Shown here in pieces: positions 55,801 to 64,000 of a DNA stretch of 64,000 nt. Position numbers and translations under genes: made by a program. The DNA is from Macrostomum hystrix (lineage: Eukaryota; Animalia; Platyhelminthes), in NCBI GenBank assembly GCA_950097015.1, contig CATNEN010000024.1, positions 1,922,001-1,986,000 of the forward strand. The letters are read 5' to 3'. A model generated the notes under the pieces. That model was not told the DNA's origin, did no database searches, and saw nothing but the letters and a program-made list of their open reading frames with translations. The first letter of the stretch is position 1, and each line of letters starts with the position of its first letter.

Positions 55801-58800
55801 CCCATTCACCACTCCCGATCCCCATTCACCACTCTTGATCCCCATTCACCACTTTTGATCCCCATTCACCACTCTTGATCCCCATTCCCCACACCTGATC
55901 CCCATTCACCACTCTTGATCCACATTCACCATTCCTGATCCCCATTCACCACTCTTGATCCCCATTCACCACTCCTGATCCCCATTCACCACTCTTGATC
56001 CCCATTCACCACTCCCGATCCCCATTCACCACTCTTGATCCCCATTCACCACTCCTGATCCCCATTCACTACACCTGATCCCCATCGGTAAATCCGCACT
56101 GCAATTCTCCTAATATTTCGTCTGATCCCACAAACCTGATGAAGGCTTTGCGAATGGCGGCCAGAGTCTCTCGATCACGTGTGCCAAAGCGGCCAGGGCC
56201 ACCTGCTTCACCTTGTCGGCGTCACTCGCTCGACGCGTCATTTTGTAGCCTGCGTCGACCAGTCGATTGGCGAATCGGCTGCCAGGGCGCTGCGCCGCTG
56301 CCTGCCCACCGTGCCGCTGTTCCGCGGCTCGCCATGCCAGGACGTGGGCCTGGGCAAATGGCTGCGCACCGAGGCGCCTAGTCTGTCCGGCGCTCCGCTT
56401 TACTACTCCCTGGCTACTCACGAGATGCTGCTCGATGCCAAATTGCCAGTTCGGCCTCCAAAGGGCGACTGGAGCAGGCGGCGGCTGCTGCTGTCCGGTG
56501 GCTGGCTGCTGGCCGCTCCGGGCGAAGGCGGCCCGCAATGGTCCCTAGCCGGCTGTCGCGGCTGTCAAATGGCTCAGGATGCTGAAACAGACGGCGCGGT
56601 TGTTGAAGTGACTCTGGCAGGTGGCGATGTTGTGCTGATTGGCGGCCAGCGGGCCCTTGCTTGGAAGCAGGCGATTTGCTCAGCCATGGTTCGCAGCGGC
56701 GGCGGCAGCGCATCGAAAGTCTTGACTCTGCTAGTGACGGAGCAGGGTCTGGCGCTGGGCTCCGAGGTGCCCGGACAGTGGACGGTGAGAAAATACCATG
56801 GCGGTCATTGATAATTCTGACCTTCGATAACTCTATTCTGCAGCTATTTGATGATCCCATCATGATATTTAATAATCCCCTCCTGATAATTAATAATCAC
56901 CTCCTGATATTTAATAATCCCATTCTTTTAATTTACTATCCCATCCTGATATTTAATAATCCCCTCCTGATATTTAATAATCCCATTCTGTACATTGATT
57001 ATCCCATCCTGATATTTAATAATCCCCTCCTGATATTTAATAATCACCTCCTGATATTTAATAATCCCCTCCTGATATTTATTAATCCCATCCTGATATT
57101 TAATAACCCTCTCCTGATATTTAATAACCCTCTCCTGATATTTTATAATCCCCTCCTGATATTTTATAATCCCCTTCTGATATTTAATAATACCCTCCTG
57201 ATATTTATTAATCCCATCCTGATAATTGATGATCCCTTCCTGATATTTGTTGATCCCATCCCTATATTTTGTTATCCCATCCCTATATTAGTTGATCGCA
57301 TCCCTATATTAGTTGATCGCATCCCTATATTAGTTGATCGCATCCCTATATTTGGTGATCGCATCCCTATATTTGGTGATCCCATCCCTATATTAGTTGA
57401 TCGCATCCCTATATTAGTTGATCGCATCCCTATATTTGGTGATCGCATCCCTATATTTGGTGATCCCATCCCTATATTTGGTGATCGCATCCCTATATTA
57501 GTTGATCGCATCCCTATATTTGGTGATCGCATCCCTATATTTGGTGACCCCATCCCTATATTAGTTGATCGCATCCCTATATTAGTTGATCGCATCCCTA
57601 TATTAGTTGATCGCATCCCTATATTAGTTGATCGCATCCCTATATTAGTTGATCGCATCCCTATATTAGTTGATCGCATCCCTATATTAGTTGATCGCAT
57701 CCCTATATTAGTTGATCGCATCCCTATATTAGTTGATCCCATCCCTATATTAGTTGATCGCATCCCTATATTTTGTTATCCCATCCCTATATTAGTTGAT
57801 CGCATCCCTATATTAGTTGATGGCATCCCTATATTAGTTGATCCCATCCCTATATTAGTTGATCGCATCCCTATATTTTGTTATCCCATCCCTATATTAG
57901 TTGATCGCATCCCTATATTAGTTGATGGCATCCCTATATTAGTTGATCCCATCCCTATATTAGTTGATCGCATCCCTATATTAGTTGATCCCATCCCTAT
58001 ATTAGGTGATCGCATCCCTATATTTTGTTATCCCATCCCTATATTAGTTGATCCCATCCCTATATTTTGTTATCCCATCCCTATATTAGTTGATCCCATC
58101 CCTATATTTTGTTATCCCATCCCTATATTAGTTGATCCCATCCCTATATTAGGTGATCCCATCCCTATATTAGTTGATGGCATCCCTATATTTGGTGATC
58201 CCATCCCTATATTAGTTGATCGCATCCCTATATTAGTTGATCCCATCCCTATATTAGTTGATCCCATCCCTATATTTTGTTATCCCATCCCTATATTAGT
58301 TGATCGCATCCCTATATTAGTTGATGGCATCCCTATATTAGTTGATCCCATCCCTATATTAGTTGATCGCATCCCTATATTAGTTGATCCCATCCCTATA
58401 TTAGGTGATCGCATCCCTATATTTTGTTATCCCATCCCTATATTAGTTGATCCCATCCCTATATTTTGTTATCCCATCCCTATATTAGTTGATCCCATCC
58501 CTATATTTTGTTATCCCATCCCTATATTAGTTGATCCCATCCCTATATTAGGTGATCCCATCCCTATATTAGTTGATGGCATCCCTATATTTGGTGATCC
58601 CATCCCTATATTAGTTGATCGCATCCCTATATTAGTTGATCCCATCCCTATATTAGTTGATCGCATCCCTATATTAGTTGATCGCATCCCTATATTAGTT
58701 GATCGCATCCCTATATTTGGTGATCGCATCCCTATATTTGGTGATCCCATCCCTATATTAGTTGATCGCATCCCTATATTAGTTGATCGCATCCCTATAT

Positions 58801-61256
58801 TTGGTGATCGCATCCCTATATTTGGTGATCCCATCCCTATATTTGGTGATCGCATCCCTATATTAGTTGATCGCATCCCTATATTTGGTGATCGCATCCC
58901 TATATTTGGTGACCCCATCCCTATATTAGTTGATCGCATCCCTATATTAGTTGATCGCATCCCTATATTAGTTGATCGCATCCCTATATTAGTTGATCGC
59001 ATCCCTATATTAGTTGATCGCATCCCTATATTAGTTGATCGCATCCCTATATTAGTTGATCGCATCCCTATATTAGTTGATCCCATCCCTATATTAGTTG
59101 ATCGCATCCCTATATTTTGTTATCCCATCCCTATATTAGTTGATCGCATCCCTATATTAGTTGATGGCATCCCTATATTAGTTGATCCCATCCCTATATT
59201 AGTTGATCGCATCCCTATATTTTGTTATCCCATCCCTATATTAGTTGATCGCATCCCTATATTAGTTGATGGCATCCCTATATTAGTTGATCCCATCCCT
59301 ATATTAGTTGATCGCATCCCTATATTAGTTGATCCCATCCCTATATTAGGTGATCGCATCCCTATATTTTGTTATCCCATCCCTATATTAGTTGATCCCA
59401 TCCCTATATTTTGTTATCCCATCCCTATATTAGTTGATCCCATCCCTATATTTTGTTATCCCATCCCTATATTAGTTGATCCCATCCCTATATTAGGTGA
59501 TCCCATCCCTATATTAGTTGATGGCATCCCTATATTTGGTGATCCCATCCCTATATTAGTTGATCGCATCCCTATATTAGTTGATCCCATCCCTATATTA
59601 GTTGATCGCATCCCTATATTAGTTGATGGCATCCCTATATTAGTTGATCCCATCCCTATATTAGTTGATCGCATCCCTATATTAGTTGATCCCATCCCTA
59701 TATTAGGTGATCGCATCCCTATATTTTGTTATCCCATCCCTATATTAGTTGATCCCATCCCTATATTTTGTTATCCCATCCCTATATTAGTTGATCCCAT
59801 CCCTATATTTTGTTATCCCATCCCTATATTAGTTGATCCCATCCCTATATTAGGTGATCCCATCCCTATATTAGTTGATGGCATCCCTATATTTGGTGAT
59901 CCCATCCCTATATTAGTTGATCGCATCCCTATATTAGTTGATCCCATCCCTATATTAGTTGATCCCATCCCTATATTTTGTTATCCCATCCCTATATTAG
60001 TTGATCGCATCCCTATATTAGTTGATGGCATCCCTATATTAGTTGATCCCATCCCTATATTAGTTGATCGCATCCCTATATTAGTTGATCCCATCCCTAT
60101 ATTAGGTGATCGCATCCCTATATTTTGTTATCCCATCCCTATATTAGTTGATCCCATCCCTATATTTTGTTATCCCATCCCTATATTAGTTGATCCCATC
60201 CCTATATTTTGTTATCCCATCCCTATATTAGTTGATCCCATCCCTATATTAGGTGATCCCATCCCTATATTAGTTGATGGCATCCCTATATTTGGTGATC
60301 CCATCCCTATATTAGTTGATCGCATCCCTATATTAGTTGATCCCATCCCTATATTAGTTGATCCCATCCCTATATTTTGTTATCCCATCCCTATATTAGT
60401 TGATCGCATCCCTATATTAGTTGATGGCATCCCTATATTTGGTGATCGCATCCCTATATTAGTTGATCGCATCCCTATATTAGTTGATCGCATCCCTATA
60501 TTAGTTGATCGCATCCCTATATTAGTTGATCGCATCCCTATATTAGTTGATCGCATCCCTATATTAGTTGATCGCATCCCTATATTAGTTGATCGCATCC
60601 CTATATTAGTTGATCGCATCCCTATATTAGTTGATGGCATCCCTATATTTGGTGATCCCATCCCTATATTAGTTGATCGCATCCCTATATTTGGTGATCC
60701 TATCCCTATATTAGTTAATCGCATCCCTATATTTGGTGATCCCATCCCTATATTAGTTAATCGCATCCCTATATTTGGTGATCCTATCCCTATATTAGTT
60801 AATCGCATCCCTATATTAGTTGATCCCATCCCTATATTAGTTAATCGCATCCCTATATTTGGTGATCCCATCCCTATATTAGGTGATCGCATCCGTATAT
60901 TTGGTGATCCCATCCCTATATTAGGTGATCGCATACTGACCTTCAGGACCCTCCTCATTCCATGATCCGACTCCCATCCGAACCTGCAGGTTGAGACCAT
61001 CGGTCTTGCAGCCTTGGAAGAGATTCGCAGTCTCGGTTACGATCCGCACTACCCCACCTACCTGACCCTGCGCCTGCGCCCGCCAACCACCTGGCTGCTG
61101 TGCTTGGGCTCGGCCGAGGAGCGCAACCGGCTTGGCCGCCTGCTGCGTCATCTTCTGCCCGGTCTGCCGCTGCGTCGACTGCCGACAGAGCGAACCAGCG
61201 GTCTGCGTGCCTCGGCCAGGGCGCTCACCCTGCTGTGTGAGCAGACCCTGCCGTGA
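52893..61256 (+). CDS. PLEKHM2: PLEKHM2/SKIP-like RUN and PH domain lysosome-kinesin adaptor, ~848 aa, 4 exons
   Basis: Exons 52893-53122, 53932-55341, 56145-56784, 60990-61256 (2,547 nt, phases consistent); N-terminal RUN (GLKTPSRGYW, NHGRARAWLF...ESLLESYL, LLSGLEH), disordered middle, PH-like region (WSRRRLLLSGGWL, CRGC, WKQAICSAM, LLVTEQGL). Confidence 0.82.
53150..53830. repeat. 39-bp minisatellite (CTTGTTTTCCTACCCCAGTTTAAAATCGTCCCTTGCAAA)
   Basis: Tandem array in PLEKHM2 intron 1, with a switch to an ACACTCG variant midway. Confidence 0.97.
55400..56085. repeat. 20-bp minisatellite (GATCCCCATTCACCACTCTT)
   Basis: Tandem array in PLEKHM2 intron 2. Confidence 0.97.
56845..60935. repeat. 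4-kb 21-bp satellite (CGCATCCCTATATTAGTTGAT) with higher-order structure
   Basis: Fills PLEKHM2 intron 3; AT-richer variant 5' (CCCCTCCTGATATTTAATAAT); variant patterns recur at 399 and 1,365 bp. Confidence 0.97.
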
Positions 61257-61439
61257 CCTTCTATGTTGCTTATGTCCGCTGCTGCTTAGCTTTGGTTTTG
61301 ATTCTATTCTGTTAAACCCTCTCTGGCCTTCAATAATGATTAGCTCTCAGAGTTTGCCTAGATTTAGCTGACTAGTGTCATTGGGAAAACTCTGTCCTAA
61401 ACATCGTACGGCCTTTCACATTCTTCGCATGGCCCTAAT

Positions 61440-62590
61440 CTGACACTCTATCAACCTGTCCTGACACTCTTCGTATGACCCCATCCTGACACTCTTCGTA
61501 TGACCCCATCCTGACACTCTTCGTATGACCCCATCCTGACACTCTTCGTATGACCCCATCCTGACACTCTTCGTATGACCCCATCCTGACACTCTTCGTA
61601 TGACCCTATCCTGACACTCTTCGTATGACCCCATCCTGACACTCTTCGTATGACCTTATCCTGACACTCTCATGGGGGGTCGGTGGCAGAGCGGTTATCG
61701 CGTTTGCCTCTCGCACCACGGTCCTTAAGTTCGATTCCACGGCGAGGCCACATTTATTTGGGGCGCAGCCGCGGAGAGAAGGCTTGGGGGCTTGTCGTGC
61801 AATTTTTGCCCTTGAGGGCCAACCTCCAAGGCACAGTGAGAGTGTACACTGCCTGACGATGAGAAAGTCAGGGCAGATGTACACACCTGTGTGAGCGTAT
61901 GCCTGCGTACGGTATCTGTGTGCGTGTGTGCTCAGGAGTCAGCGAAATGTGCAGAATTGCCTCCTCGCTGGCTGCGGGTCTAGTGTCACCGAATGATGTG
62001 CCATTGCCCGCAGCCCTCCTGCAATTATTATTATTATTATTATTATTATCCTGACACTCTTCGTACAACCCTTTGCTGACACTCTTCGTATGACCCTGTG
62101 CTGACACTCTTCGTATGACCCAATCCTGACACTCTTCGTCTGACCCTGTCCTGGCACTCTTCGTATGACCCTGTCCTGACACTCTTCGTACAACCCTGTG
62201 CTGACACTCTTCGTATGACCCCATCCTGACCTTCTTGCATGACCCTATCCTATCCTTCTTGTCTGACCCTATCCTGACCTTTTTGTATGACCCTATCCTG
62301 ACCTTCGTGTATGACCCTATCCTGACCTTCTTGTCTGACCCCATCCTGACCTTCTTGTCTGACCCTATCCTGACCTTCGTGTATGACCCTATCCTGACCT
62401 TCGTGTATGACCCTATCCTGACCTTCGTGTATTACCCTATCCTTACCTTTTTGTATGACCCTATTCTGACCTTCTTGTCTGACCCCATCCTGACCTTCGT
62501 GTCTGACCCCATCCTGACCTTCGTGTATGACCCTATCCTGACCTTCTTGTATGACCCTATCCTGACCTTTTTGTATGACCCTATCCTGAC
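61440..62590. repeat. 25-bp minisatellite (CCTGACACTCTTCGTATGACCCCAT) split by a SINE and grading into a 24-bp variant
   Basis: 25-bp period at 61440-61670 and 62050-62220; 24-bp period at 62220-62590. Confidence 0.93.
61674..62049 (+). mobile_element. tRNA-derived SINE family 2, full-length reference copy
   Basis: A box TGGCAGAGCGG, B box GTTCGATTCC, (ATT)n tail; flanked by TATCCTGACACTCT on both sides (possible TSD, but within a repeat). Confidence 0.9.
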
Positions 62591-63488
62591 CTCACAGGAC
62601 CATGTAGTCATCAATGATGGAACTCGGTGTGAAATGCATTGCAGTCTAATAATTGAAAGTAATAACTATACACTGTTGTTTTGCTGTACCAGTTGCACTA
62701 ATTTGTCATGAACAATAAGTAAAGCCTATTTGGTCAGCCAAAAAATCTAGTTTTTGTTTTTGATTTTGTAATTATTCGGAAGTTTCTGCTATTTTTTATA
62801 TTTTTTCATGCCGATTCTCATATTTTCGTGTGTTTTTATGTTACATTGTGATCAAATTGAATGTTTTGCTATCTGTCTGCACTAAATTGAATGCTTCTTT
62901 CTTAATTATTTTACGAGTACTTATCTATTAAAAACCTTGTTTTTTGTTTTTCAATACATATCGGCTTACTGTGGGCTTTGAATTTTGTACTACAACAGCA
63001 GCACGCGTTGTTTTTGGGTACTTATGTATATAAAATCTTAGCTTCAACATGTTCTTGTCCAAAGAAGATTTTAATTTCGTGATTTCAATCAACTCGTGCT
63101 TTGCTAATTATGGTTTAGCTTCTGGGGTTGGTGATTTTTTAATCTAACACAAATTCTTACTCTGTTCAGATTGGCAGGTAGATTAGCCTTAGTTTGTTAA
63201 TTTTATTCGCCAATATTGTATAGTCACACAGCGTAAGCATTAAATTTTGCACAGGAAATTGTCAAACTTGTTTTGTATCCCTGTACAAAGTATTTGTTGA
63301 CTATTTTTGCATACTGTGCGAAGAATTTCACTTAATAATATAATGTCAGAATGTTTTTATTTTTTTTATCAGTGGCAATTACTATCTTCCTCCTGTCTTC
63401 TTCTTTGACATTAGTTGATAGAAATGCTTCTTGTTACTTTTTAGAATTGGAATTAGATGTGGCAAATTTCTGTTTGCTTGTTTTTTAG

Positions 63489-63700
63489 AGGCTGTATACA
63501 GGCTGTAGAAATATTTCAAGCTCAAAGGTCAAGGGTTCGATTCCCGACTTTAGAAAATGTGCGTCTTTTAGCAAGACACTTGACTCTGCGTTGCTTCAGT
63601 TCGCCCAGCTGTTAAATGGGGATTAGCATTACTTCGGGCTTTGATTGAGGATGGGTGTGGCGTCTCCCCAGTCCATGGACTGAACAGCGCAATAGCTGCA
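63489..63700 (+). mobile_element. tRNA-derived SINE family 1, degraded copy 3
   Basis: GGTTCGATTCCCGACT, GCAAGACACTTGACTCTGCGTTGCTTCAGTTCGCCCAGCTGTTAAATGGG, GGGTGTGGCGTC shared with copies 1 and 2. Confidence 0.8.
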
Positions 63701-64000
63701 ATTAGGGCGGGTGTAAGCTGTCATGGTTATTACTTCACAGGCAGTGTAGGCAGACTGCAGTCATGTCTGTACACAGATTATTTAGCTAGTACACAGACCC
63801 TTGCGCCCCATCTCCGCAGTTGCAGCACACCAGATCTCACCTGTGGCGCTATTGCTGGCGGCGTCACTTTGCTAGCGCCCATAGAAGCTCAGCGAATAGC
63901 GGCGGCGCCAAGGATGACAGAAGTGCAGGTGGCCACCTGCAGCACCTTGGCCCGCTGAGTGAGACCACGGTCAACTCAGACAGTTGGATGCACAGGGCCC

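Noticed and set aside
56661-60965. 1,434-aa hydrophobic repeat ORF
   Set aside because: It starts out of frame within a PLEKHM2 exon and runs through the GT-AG intron filled by a 21-bp satellite; the length is a by-product of a unit divisible by 3.
61842-61884. Hammerhead ribozyme in SINE family 2 (CTGACGA...GAAA)
   Set aside because: Only 3 nt separate the core motifs, with no stem II G-C pair, and CTGAC pairs with downstream GTCAG in a simple hairpin.
3416-62590. CRISPR-like arrays
   Set aside because: The repeats are head-to-tail without unique spacers, there are no cas genes, and the sequence is eukaryotic.
35801-62711. Other repeat-encoded ORFs (Cys-rich 35801-36430, 39657-40894, 46125-46987, 49666-50634, 53151-53851, 55515-55878, 61868-62711; also 12658-13025)
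   Set aside because: All coincide with intronic or intergenic tandem arrays and are open in several frames or strands.
19260-63700. tRNA genes at 19260, 51186, 51871, 61674 and 46995-47075
   Set aside because: A and B boxes are present, but acceptor and anticodon stems pair poorly and each head runs into a shared non-tRNA body or is a fragment; these are SINE heads.

Overview
Eukaryotic (animal) genomic DNA. GC-rich exons, introns filled with minisatellites, tRNA-derived SINEs and acceptor sites right before start codons resemble a free-living flatworm such as Macrostomum; this assignment is inference only. I reconstructed five spliced + strand genes by hand with phase-consistent splice sites: a stomatin/MEC-2-like gene (1201/5743-14536), a PQ-loop lysosomal transporter (PQLC2/SLC66A1-like), LCMT1, an NTE/PNPLA6-7-like phospholipase and PLEKHM2/SKIP. 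There are also two intronless ORFs, a divergent class A GPCR and an orphan two-zinc-finger protein. An apparently intact, very young Ty3/Gypsy LTR retrotransposon lies on the minus strand (23058-31949; 789-bp LTRs, GATT TSD, tRNA-Leu-like PBS, gag, -1 frameshifted pol). The rest is two SINE families, several MITE/foldback elements and about 18 unrelated tandem arrays. Highlights: (1) the Gypsy element carries a third, non-env ORF with transcription-factor-like architecture behind its own CCAAT-CCAAT-E2F-TATA promoter; (2) its LTR ends in three tandem 'LTR end + PBS-like' units; (3) stomatin has a tandemly duplicated, mutually exclusive exon pair downstream of a GC donor; (4) the four co-oriented genes at 34-61 kb look like a trans-spliced operon, and the PNPLA gene has no evident ATG of its own. 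All exon models and motif calls were made by eye, without database searches.
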